A DNA stretch of 64,000 nt from Octopus vulgaris (Eukaryota). The position numbers and the translations under genes were made by a program. Location: NCBI GenBank assembly GCA_951406725.2, contig OX597838.1, positions 42,408,001 through 42,472,000 of the forward strand, given 5' to 3'. Of this stretch, positions 52,372-64,000 are shown piece after piece (the first letter of the stretch is position 1; every line of letters begins with the position of its first letter). The notes below the pieces were generated by a model that did no database searches, was not told the DNA's origin, and was given only the letters and a program-made list of their open reading frames with translations.

Positions 52372-53187
52372 CAGGGTGCGATGGGTAAATTGTCCCCATT
52401 TTATATTTTTAATTTCACGTTTGCTTTTCATTTTGTCAACTACACAGTATTGTAGGGTCAGTTGAGCACCGTCTGTGAGAAAAACAGCACCATGATACAA
52501 TTCACTCTGCCAGAAATTTGGAAACAACATACTGTACTGCTTGGCATTCATGTTGGAAGCTGCAATATGAACATCTCAGAGTGTTGGGTGTCAATCTAAG
52601 TCCCCAAAATATGTACTGACAGTGATAAAAATCAGACATCCAGTCAAAATCATGATGTTTAAAGTGATCACTAGTGATGGTGACATTATGCCTCCATTCA
52701 TCTCTCCACATGGCCTCAGACTCAACATGGGGGCCTACATCAAATGCCTGGAGGAGGTAGTGCTGCCCTGGGTCAAAGAGTGGCTGCTGGAAGACCCTAT
52801 ATCTAGCAACAGATATACCATGCCACACAAGCAGGAGAACCCAGTCATGGCTGTCAGACAATTTCTGCAACTACATCACCCCTAACATCTGGCCACCTAA
52901 CTCCCCAGGCTGCAACCCCCTTGATTATTATGTGTGAGGTGCAGTTGAGCAAGAGCCCAACAAAACTCCTTGTAACACCAACGATGAACTGAAGGCAAGG
53001 ATTATGGCAGCATTCACCAACTTAAGGAGGCCGTGATTGAAGCCAATGGTGATTTTATTGAATAGATTTACTCTTTAATATTTCAAGATATTTCAAGATA
53101 TTTTGGTAAATATATCTGTTAAAATGAGATGAAAGTATTATTTTCATTTTTGCATAATTTATATGACAGTTCATTCACAACACCTTG
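52372..53187 (+). mobile_element. Internally deleted maT (DD37D) transposon, second copy
   Basis: CAGGGTG...CACCTTG termini with TA TSD; KHPV-like..VITSDGDIMPPFI..YIKCLEEVVLPWVK and IWPPNSPGCNPLDYYV. Homologous to 14366-15235. Confidence 0.9.
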
Positions 53188-53190
53188 TAT

Positions 53191-53237
<47 letters not shown>

Positions 53238-54199
53238 TATGTATATATAGGTTTATGCATATTTGTGTTGGTATATGTGTATTTGTATATATTTGTATGT
53301 ATGACTGTAAGTGTGCATCCAACCCATGCCACCTTGGAAAAGGAAACATTAAATGATGATGATGATGATGATGATGTATCTTTGTAAATATCTATGCATT
53401 GATAATTGTTTTCTACGTCTACTTAAGTTTCACTTATGTTTCAGTGTTTGCATTATTCTGCCAAAATTAATCCTTTTTTATCCACATTGTTTTGAACTAA
53501 TCATGCATTATCTTGTAGCTATGAGATTTTGATGAGGTAGCTGTTAATTTTTAAAACAATATTGTAGGGTTGGTGTGAGAGACCAGATCTGGCCTGTTTG
53601 AACATAAAACAGGCAGAATACTTTTAGAGTACATGTTTATCTTGTAAAAATTTTATTCACCCACACATATAATGGACCAGCTTCCACACTGTCTGTCTGC
53701 CAAAGTTAGTCACAAGGCATTGGTCAGCTCAGGATTATCGCAGGGACACTTGCTGCAGGTGTAGCACAGTGGGACTAAAGATAAAGTGGATTTCTTGACC
53801 ATACAGTCTTTCCAGTCTTGCCTGTGCCTATCCACTGGATTTTGAAAAAAAAAGAAAACAGTGCTAGGTTCCTACTAAATTAAACACAGATATCCAAGTA
53901 AATAGAATATGCTGATACAGTGATGAGTGGTAAGCATACAAGAATAAGTTATCTCTTGATATTTACAATTATACACGAGATAAATGGTATGAGTCTGTTT
54001 ACTTGGCCCGTTGTTGTTTACTGCTTGGAACTGGTGCTTTTAATTTACAGTGTTTTAGAACACCATATTAGAAAATCTCCATCATCAGCAGTAACTGGAC
54101 ATGTTTTTATGGAAGTTGTCAAGTAAATCACAACCCTAACGTATCACATAACTCTTTCACTGGATATTTACTTCTGTTAGCTCTTGGGTTTTTCAATGA

Positions 54200-54362
54200 A
54201 GCTGATATGGGCAACCTTTTTTGAGAAGCAGGCTGCATGAGACTTGGCTTGTCATCAGATGAGCTACACTACTAAAAATATTCAACGTAATTTTTTAAGT
54301 GTGCCATTCAGAAAATCCCGCAGGTCACATGCACCCCATGGGCCTCAGTTTGCTCATGACTG
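54200..54362. mobile_element. Old hAT-like MITE
   Basis: ATGGGCAACC near the left end pairs with GTTTGCTCAT near the right end. Confidence 0.4.
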
Positions 54363-54699
54363 CTATAAAGCTTGAGATTGATTTTTACAAAGTTTCTCTC
54401 ATTCACATTGGGAATTTCTTTCATATCATGTCTCCCACCAGTCATATACCTTCATATTATTTAAAATTTTTAGTAATTGCTATCCCATATGTACCTTCAT
54501 ATCTGTGATAGGGCAGTGTTCAGGTTTATCTGTGAATAATATGATCAACATATAATATCTGATACACAGATAAAGGTAATGAACTGTAGAAATCATGACA
54601 TCTTGCATTAAATAAATGAGTACATGAACCACTAATGTGTCATCAACATTAGTGATGGAGAAATGAAGCCGGTGGATGTCTGCCAATATTGATTAAGGA

Positions 54700-55695
54700 A
54701 AATAGTATCTGTTGTTTGCATTCCATACAATATTATCTACAGTCTATTGACATTTGATAAAGTAATATTTGTAGTTTATTGATGTTCAATAAAATAGTAT
54801 CTATGATTTATTGATATTTAATAAAATTGAGCATTATAAACTATTGCTGTTCAGTAAAATATATCTGTGATCTATTGATGTTCAAATAATATTTGTGATC
54901 TATTGTTGTTCAATAAAATAGTACCCATATCCTATTGGTGTTCAATAAAATAGTATCTGTGATCTATAGATGTTCAATAGAATATATTGCCTATTGATGT
55001 TCAGTATGATAGTATTTGTAGTGTTCAATAATATAGTATCTGTAATCTATTGATGTTCATTAAAGTAGCATGTGTAGCGTATCGATGTTGAAAGAGTATT
55101 TCTGGTCTGTTAATGTTCAATAAAATAATACCAGTCGTCTATTGGTGTTCCCTAGAATAGTATCTACCATCTAGTGATCTTTTATCTTTTGCTTGTTTCA
55201 GTCTTCAGACTGCAACCATGCTGGGGCACCACCTTGAACAGTTTAGTCTAACAAATTGACCTCAGAACTTTTTTTTTTGAAGCCTGGTACTTATTCTATT
55301 GGCCCCTTTTCATTAGACTGCTAAGTTACAGAGGCATAAACAAACCAACACCAGTTGTCAAGCAATGGTGCACGACAAAGACAAGCCACACACACACACA
55401 CACACGCACATGATAGGATTCCTTCAGGTTCCATCTACCAAATCCACAAATTGTGGTCAGCCCATGCCTATGTAGAAGACTCTTGCCTAAGATGCTGTAC
55501 AGTGGGACTGAACCCACAACCATGTGGTTTGGAAGTAGAATTCTTACCACACAACCACATCTGAACCTATAAAATAGTCTCTCTCATATATTGATGCTTA
55601 GTAAGATAATATCTATAGTCTATGGTGTTCAATAAAATAATATCTGTAGTCCACTGATGTTCAACAAAATAATATCTGTCATATACTGGTGTTGA
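54700..55695. repeat. Degenerate minisatellite (about 31 bp), interrupted by a SINE
   Basis: Recurring CTATTGATGTTCAATAAAATAGTATCTGT units at 54700-55180 and 55570-55695. Confidence 0.85.
55182..55568 (-). mobile_element. SINE family A, tail type 1
   Basis: Full reverse-complement copy. Confidence 0.85.
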
Positions 55696-56538
55696 TTCCA
55701 TTAACTCTAAATGGTTGGCATCCATTCAAGTATTAAGATAGCTATTAACTAAGATGTATAAAGGAATTATTTCTTTGTGATTCTTTCTTTGTAATGGTAA
55801 TTCTGTTAAATCTATTTTACATATTTGATGATGTTTCATTTCTATTTATATAATTTATATTGCATTGTTATTATTGTTGTTGTTGGCTAGCATCAGGTCA
55901 GTCCTGGCCCAGTAGGCCTAGGGTTAAAAGTATTCCATTGTTGCCCAATCATTTCATTTCATCTATAATGTGATGAGGTTAACATTATTCAACATGTCTT
56001 ATCCTCTTTCAAGACCTTAGAGTGTGTTACGAGAGGGAATAGTCTTCTATTTCTAGTAGGAAGAGTGATGACTGAGACATTTCCTTGTATGTCTGATGGT
56101 GATGGTGATGGTGGTAATGGTAACAGCAGAAGTGGTGGCAGTAGTGGCAGTGGCAGTGACGGCAGCTGTTGTTGTTGTTGTTGTTGTTGTTTCTCTGAGA
56201 ACAGTAATGGTGTGTGTAATTAGCTAATTACTACCAGGAAGGAATTATATTGTCCCTCACACCCACTTCAATATAAACCCTACTATTTATTGCTTACTTG
56301 CCATCTGTTTCTTGTTCCAAAATGAAGGAAAACTGAGGGGTAAAACAGAAAATAATAAATCAAGATTTATTTTTTATATATCTTTAGATTGTTTCAGCTT
56401 CAAAACTGCAGTCAGACCATTATATTGATATTGTTAAAAAAACTTCATGTATGCATGAAAAATAATCTCAATGGATGTCTGAGCTTAAAGGGGTCACACA
56501 AATCAGTCAATGATTTATTGAATAAAGCCATACATTCA

Positions 56539-56990
56539 TAGGCACAGCCGTGGCTGTGTGGTTAAGTTTGCTTCCCAACCATGTGGTTTGGGGTTCAGTT
56601 CTACTGTGCAGCACCTTGGGCAGGTGTCTTCTACTATAGCCCTGGGATGAAAAAAATCTTTGTGAATGGATTTGAAAGATGGAAACTAAAAGAAGCCTCC
56701 TGTCATGGTGGTGGTGGTGGTGGTGGTGGTGGCGTCGGTGGTGGCTGTTGTTGTTGTTGTGCACATGCATGCATTTGTACCCTTGCCTTGACAATGTGTG
56801 GTGATTGTAAACAAGCACCATCGTTGTACAAGTGATGTTCTTTGTATCCAGTCTGGCCATGGGAGGAAAATATTACCTTGCTTGGAAAGAGATGAGGGTT
56901 GAAGACAGAAAAGGCATTCAGTCATAGAAAATCTGCCTCAACAAATTCCCTCTGACTCTTGCAAACATGGAAAAATAAATGATAAAATGG
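56539..56990 (+). mobile_element. SINE family A, tail type 2
   Basis: Head, CORE-like segment, (GGT)n/(GTT)n, RTE-like 3' end. Confidence 0.75.
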
Positions 56991-58804
56991 GGGCCGGGGT
57001 GGCAGCAGATTTTTCAGGGATGATACATAATCAATTGAATTGACTCTAGCACATGTCCGGTATGAAATTAAAAATTGATTCCAGACTAGTTAGATCTCAG
57101 AATGTCCAGGGATAAAACAACTTCCTCTCATTACCCTGTTTTCTCCAAGCTCCAGATGAAACACCCATTAATTTTAAAATGCTTTCACTACCTACAGATG
57201 TGAACTAAATCGCCACCTGATGAGTATTTCCAGTTATATGAACTGTGTGAGATTATGTACCTTCACCATGACTCTACAGCACAACAACAGGGAGGAAATA
57301 TCAATCACTAATTGTTTCATCAGATAGGTTTACCTCCTACTGATTTTGTCACCTGCCATACCACACCAAGATTATTAATTCTCTTAGGGAAGCCATAAGC
57401 ATCAGATCACATAATTTCATTTCTCTCTTTCCCACCAAATACCTCTCACCTTGTGCATCTCAATATATCAATATACCAAGTGTTTGATTCAGCAAAGCAG
57501 TTATGTAACGCACATAGTCTTATCTCCTCCACCTCCAAGGAATCTATGACCTTATGTTACAAAAATCAATATCAAAATGTCATGATTACCAATTAAACAC
57601 TTTCCACTTCACTTCCATCATTATCAACATTGAGCAAGGCATGAACATTATTCAATCTTCTTTCCCCTTCTCTTATAAGCCTGAAACGTTTTTTCTAAAT
57701 GGGATCAATACATAACTTATTCTTTTTTTCTTCAAATTTCTCATTTTTATATGCTATAAACACCTGTTTTTATGAGTACCTCTGTTCTCTACCTTTCCCT
57801 TGAGCAATGTAGATCTAATGTAAGACTTTCAGTGACTTGTGCTATGGCAATCCTCTTGTATGAAAAACTATGTTCTCAACTTTACAGAATCTAGTTGATT
57901 CTGTTCTATTCTGGTAACTGCATAATGGTAATAATTTTCATAAATTATGAATGCTTAAGTGAATGGTTATACATAGAATATGTAATATTTTTAGAGTCAC
58001 CATTTACTTTGTAACCCATGAATATTTCCTTTTTTTTACTTCTTACTTACACTAAACTTTGCAAACAAGCATTTCCATCTTGTCATATACAAAAATATGT
58101 TAATGAAATGCTAGTCTTTATTACTTAATTAATGCTATGAGCTACAGCTGTTATTAACCTTCAGTATTTCATTTAGTGCTAACATGCAATTCCTTACCCT
58201 GAATGCTTAATATTCAGACTTTTGAGAAATGCATACCCAAATGGTTAGGTAACTGGATTCTTCAATTATCAGGCCACAGGTTTCATTCCCAGTCCAGGAG
58301 GCAGGTTATGTCTTAAGGCAAAATTTTTCATTTCATGGTGCTCCAATCCACACAGCTATGAGAAATAAGAGTTAAGACCAACAAAGTTCCTGATCAACAT
58401 AAAGTCAGCATGGCAGCATCAATGAGTTGGTGATACATTGTTCCAAAATCTTCAGTTATTTGTCCAACAGTGGACAACCATTTGCTGAGTTATTTTATTT
58501 TCTAATTCAAGCTTCTAAACCTTTCAGTTCTTTACAACTATCCTTTAATTTTAGATATAAATAATTTGCTTCAGTTTATCTTCTTCGATTTCATTTAACT
58601 TCTCACACTCAACATTTTTAACTAAAATCTAATTTAGTTCAACCCAGCACTGTCCAAAAGATCATTTTTTCTTTGCTTCTTGTTCTTATTTGTCTTCCAC
58701 ATTTGCAGTAAGTTTGTGCATCTCTCCACACACTAATACCACCTTTTAACTTATTTGAAATATTATAAATTCAATTTAAAAAAATTTAACCACATAAATT
58801 TTTT

Positions 58805-59278
58805 GCCCGCTCGTGGCCGTTTGCCAGCTCTGTCTGGCAACCGTGTCAGTGGCACGTAAAAGCACCATCCGTTCGCGTCCGTTGCCAGCCTCGGCTGGCC
58901 CCCATGCCGGTGACACGTAAAAGCACCGTCTGTTCGTGGCCGGTTGCCAGCTCTGTCTGGACCCGTGTCGGTGGCACGTAAAAGCACCATCCGTTCGTGT
59001 CCGTTGCCAGCATCGCCTGGCCCCGTGCCGGTGACATGTAAAAGCACCATCCGTTCGTGGCCGTTCGCCAGCTCTGTCTGGCACCTGTGCAGGTGGCACG
59101 TAAAAAACACCCACTACACTCGCGGAGTGGTTGGCGTTAGGAAGGGCATCCAGCCATAGAAACACTGCCAGATCTGACTGGGCCTGACGAAGCCTTCCAG
59201 CTTCACAGACCCCAGTTGACCCGTCCAACCCATGCTAGCATGGAAAGCGGACGCTAAACGATGATGATGATGATGATG
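58805..59278 (+). mobile_element. Young 5'-truncated RTE 3' UTR with about five 61-bp units and (GAT)n tail
   Basis: Repeated CACGTAAAAGCACCATCCGTTCG units; the terminal 180 bp is nearly the reverse complement of 34623-34800; CpGs retained. Confidence 0.85.
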
Positions 59279-59502
59279 AAATCTGACCAAAAGTGCTTTA
59301 TTACGTATGTACTCCCGTGTGACCCCTTTTGACTAGATAACTATAAAAATATATTTGATTTTGTTCTACACAGGTCCATACATGATTCATATTTACATCT
59401 CTTTCTCTCCCTCCTTAACAATGCCAACACTAATATTTAAATACTGAATTCACTTATTCCACTTCTTTCCTCAATAATTAACTACCGTACACCTTGAGAA
59501 CC

Positions 59503-59656
59503 AGGCAAGGTTGTGTGCTTAAGAAGCTTACTTCCCAACTGTGTGACCTTGAGTTCAATCCCACACCACAGTGATGCACCTTTAACAAGTTTCTTCTACT
59601 ATAGATCAATTAAAGCTTTGGGAGTGGATATGGTAGATGGAATCTGAAAGAAATCC

Positions 59657-59658
<2 letters not shown>
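59503..59658 (+). mobile_element. SINE family A head fragment
   Basis: Decayed head plus CORE-like segment. Confidence 0.6.
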
Positions 59659-59689
<31 letters not shown>

Positions 59690-59705
59690 CTATATATATA
59701 TTATG

Positions 59706-59738
<33 letters not shown>

Positions 59739-60397
59739 ATATAGATTATATAGATATAGCTGTATATATATATATATATATGTGTATGTATATATAGATA
59801 TAGTTTTATGTGTGTGAGGGTGTATAGATAAATAGGCACTGCCCAGATCAGCAGTTGAACCCACAACCTTATGATCTTGAGCTGTACACCCTAACCACTA
59901 AGCCACATGCCCCCCTCTCTCTCTCTCTTTCTCTCTTATGCACACTCAACATATAAGTATGGCTGGGTAGTTAAAAAAATCACTCCCCAACCTTATGGTT
60001 TTAGGTTCAGTCTCAGTGTGTGGGCCATGAGCAGAAGCTAAAAGAAGCCTGTCATATATATATATGCATGTGTGTGTGTGAAGGTGCATGTATTTGGCTT
60101 ATGATCCTAAGGCCATGAGTTCAATTCCCGGCAGTGCGTTGTGTCCTTGAGCAAGACACTTTATTTCACTTTATTGCTCCAGTCCACTCAGCTGGCAAAA
60201 ATGAGTCGTACCTGTAATTCACAAGGGGCCAGCCTTGTCACATTCCACATACCTGAAACAAGGCCCAGTGCAAGCTAAATCACTATCTATGACTATATGC
60301 AAAATGATGTAAGAACCACTTGCTGGTAAGGACCAATATTTTGTACCACGGAAAAAATTGAAATATGAATTAGGGGCAGATTAAGGGATATAAACAA

Positions 60398-60792
60398 CTA
60401 GCAGTATCGCCCGGCGTTGCTCGGGTTTGTAAGGGAAATAACTATATGAGCATTTTTAGAGATGTAAAGTATAATAGCCATCTCAATATGGTTAACCACA
60501 AAGGGGGGGGGCGTTACTGTAGCTTTTTACGTTCTGAGATTTAATAAATTTTTAGAGAGTTACTTCCCTTATATATGCCAAAAATGGATTAAAAATGGGA
60601 AAAATTGATGGTAAATTTTTTTTTAAATCGTAGACTCATTGTAGACGCGCGCTAATACCCAGAAGGGCTCGATATGAATCACGACTATAAGATACCCGGT
60701 TTTGGTTAAGCTGCACCGCAAAATGTGGGAGTAGTTAGGAATCTAAATCGTAGGAGACAGACAGCACACAACCTTACTTTTATATATAAAGA
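60398..60792 (-). mobile_element. Complete short non-autonomous Helitron (395 bp)
   Basis: Minus strand A|TCTTTATATATAAAAG ... CCCGAGCAACGCCGGG hairpin ... CTAG|T, inserted at an AT site with no TSD. Confidence 0.9.
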
Positions 60793-61349
60793 TATCGAAT
60801 GCACATACACGTATTTATGTATTTCTTTGCAGGATTCTTGAGGTGAGCACAGGTGGTTGTGTTAAAACAGCTATTGTTATACATGGGGACGGTCATTTTT
60901 TTGATTTTTTGCCAATAGTGTGTGTGTTTAATTGGTAAAAAAAAAAGAGAGAGTCATTCCCATTTAGAGCCTGATGAGAGATTTGCAAGACTAAGGCATT
61001 TGTGGATGCAAAACCATTGGTCACTCTATGACCAGACATAAACTTGATTACTTTTAATACATTACTGGTCAATTCTTGAGAGTGTGCTTCTTTTTCAGAT
61101 ATATGATACGTTGACAATATATATATATATATGATAATGATGATGATGTATATGTGTGTGTTTGTTTGTTTCTGTTTCCTTGTCTTGACATAGCATAACA
61201 GTTATAAACAAGCATCAACATCATAAAAGTGTAATTCATTTCAAACCTTTTGTGAGAACATGTCTGACCATAAATGACTGCATAGATCCATCTGACCCAT
61301 GCAGGCATGGGAAAGTGGATGCTAAAATGACACACACGCACGCACATAC

Positions 61350-61448
<99 letters not shown>

Positions 61449-61550
61449 CATACATACATATACACACACACATATATATATATATTGATAAAAACAGTAA
61501 GATATCAAAAGAAAGAAAGAGACCTCAATATTATGTAAATAGAGGAAATT

Positions 61551-61697
61551 TATCTGTTAAATAATATGTGACAATTATTCAATAGCGTTTTTTTTCAGAT
61601 GGCCAGATAACCGAAGAGATGGTGTTGTGGATTTCCACCTCGGCATCCAAGTTTTATCTTGGCTATTGAATAATTGTCACATATTATTTTACAGATA
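61551..61697. repeat. 36-bp inverted repeat (35/36 match) around a 75-bp spacer
   Basis: TATCTGTTAAATAATATGTGACAATTATTCAATAGC versus GCTATTGAATAATTGTCACATATTATTTTACAGATA. Confidence 0.9.
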
Positions 61698-62568
61698 CAT
61701 ACATACATTCATACATACATATATATACACACACACAGGTGTGTGTATCTCTCTATGTGTTTATGTATGTATGTATAAATGTCTACACATACCTACATAC
61801 ATTTTCTCACCGTCTATATATCATCACATTTCAGGTCTTCTGTACTTCTCCAGTAACTATTGACATTTCTATAAACATGACTGTCATACTCTTCCTACAA
61901 AATCATTGCTCAAGGTTGTTAGGTATGCTTAACAGATATATTTATTTCTTACAGAGGTACACACATTTCATGGAATGTCTATAAATAACAATTGTAGTGC
62001 TTTTGTATTATTTCTCTATCACTCTGACATTATCATAATATTATTGTGAAGCAAACTTTCATCTGAGCAATGTTTTAAATTAGACAACCATATTTTAAGT
62101 AATGAATCTATCACTTACGTCAGTATTCTCAAATAGAATGTACTCTAATAATTAGGAGCTATTATTAAAAATACTTAAATAACTTGAGTTAGACTTCTTA
62201 CGATATTATAGTTTTTACAGCTTAATGTGTTTGTTTGTTTTTTAATTATGGGCATTTTCTCTCTAGTATGAGACTTCCTATTAATTCTAGTTACATTTAT
62301 TTTTTTAACTTTTTGTTCTTTTTTGCATGAGGCCCTTAAATTATATATTTATTATTTAATGTCTTACGAATTTAGTCTCCGATTAGAAACTAATAAACTA
62401 ACATCTGCTGGTTTTAAAACATGTTTATACAAGTGTTGCCTATTTTGTATATTCATAAAATATCTAACACTCCATCAAATATATTGAGTCCTTTTTTATA
62501 TAAATGGCTTTGCTAATCCCAGGATTATTATAATCATATTATGTACATATATTATAACATATACACAC

Positions 62569-62627
<59 letters not shown>

Positions 62628-62789
62628 GCACACACACACACACGCACACAAACACACACACACACACACAACACACACACACACACACACACGCACGCAC
62701 ACGCACACACACACCCACACACACACACACACACTATATCCTAATACAGGTTTAGCTGATTTAAGATGCAGATTGGTTTTGCACCAAAG

Positions 62790-63000
62790 AAGCAGTACCT
62801 CATATGTCACATTCCCAATGAGACAACTGTAGGAGAAATCCTTAAAGGAAGACAATATACTTAACACTTGTTGACCTGGGAAAGGCTTTTGATTGTAGTC
62901 CATGCAATATAATCTGGTGGTTGATAATAATGAAGCCAGAGCTCATTGAATGATTTGTGAGGGCTTTACAAGTCATGTACACAGGCACAGTGAGTGCTTT
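62790..63000 (+). pseudogene. Decayed RTE RT fragment
   Basis: RQL*EK, VDLGKAFD, IWWL and FVRALQVMY remnants. Confidence 0.6.
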
Positions 63001-64000
63001 GAAGTCATAGTTACCAGGGCAAGAATGGGTGGGAAAAATTCAAGAAGTTGATGAGATGTGATGTGTGCAACTGTTCTACTTAAAATAATTGAGTGATGCA
63101 TTTTCCGACAGTTTCTTGACAACCAGTCAGTCCTCAAGGACTTTTTATATTTTTACAAATATTTTTGCTCATTTATTGTCATGCTGTTTCCTTTCTTCAA
63201 ATATTTAAATAATCAGCAACATCCAAAATACTGAAACATATGTAGGAACAAATGATATAAATTTAACTTGTGTTTTTGTAATTTCTACTAGATATGGTTT
63301 ATATATCATAACTACTAATATTAATTAGTACATTAGTAACTTAACCACTACACAGAAGTAAACTCGATGATGATAATCTATGTGGAGCTCTAAATATAAC
63401 AGTAGCAGACATGATGCTGTGTTTTCATCTAAGAGTAAATCTCTTCATACACATGCTGTGTTAAAAACACAATATATATATCAGAGCAAGAAGAAAATCA
63501 TTCTGGTAGTGATTCATGAGAATGCCAGCTGTATTTCAGCCCTCTTGGGCCTTGTCTGTGATGTGTACTCACTTCTCACATGACTAGATGGAATCTATCT
63601 TCCTCTGGTATATAGGAAACAGGGGATATTACATTCACTGGCATTGTGAATAACTGCTGGACTGAATAAAAACTTGGTGTAAGCAATTGAAACAGCATTA
63701 AACTGAAGTAGCCATTTTGTTGAGGAGACTGAAATGCATCTGGCATTCTCAGGAATCCCTTGATGATGTGTTTGTGTCTTGCATTAATCTATAGAGTGTT
63801 TTAAATGCAGCATGTCCACTGAAACATTTCCTCTTAGACAAAGTAAAAGAAAACATTGTCAGGCCTCTCAACAGTGTATACGCATTAAGTAAGGTGGTTG
63901 TACAAATATTTGTGTATACATGTGTATATATGCACATACACCTCACATATAGTAAATTCGTGGTCAAAGGTCCAAATCCCCTTAGGCGGTGAGCTGGCAG

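Noticed and set aside
57211-57250. Additional hammerhead (CAC-CTGATGA-GTAT..ATAT-GAACTGTGTG)
   Set aside because: GAAA core incomplete, stem II weak and no supporting element context; cannot be distinguished from chance.

Overview
AT-rich, microsatellite-dense animal genomic DNA. The repeat complement (tRNA/CORE-like and Nin/Deu-like SINEs, RTE LINEs with (GAT)n tails, Penelope-like elements, non-autonomous Helitrons, mariner/maT fossils) is most consistent with an octopod cephalopod; this is an inference. Most ORFs in the track are translations of simple repeats. Only two host-gene candidates are supported: a 129-bp ankyrin-repeat exon on + (23631-23759) and a roughly 790-bp coding exon on - (51449-50656) encoding an unrecognised protein with three internal repeats. 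The rest is largely nested transposon debris. Most notable: a tRNA-headed SINE carrying a decayed Penelope-type hammerhead ribozyme; a young RTE LINE with a PHD finger inside its RT and a hierarchical tandem array in its 3' UTR; a Helitron with a captured LINE-ORF1-like frame and a six-fold amplified terminator; a Penelope RT split cleanly by a Tigger-like MITE; and a 67-bp target-site duplication. Boundaries of old repeats are approximate.
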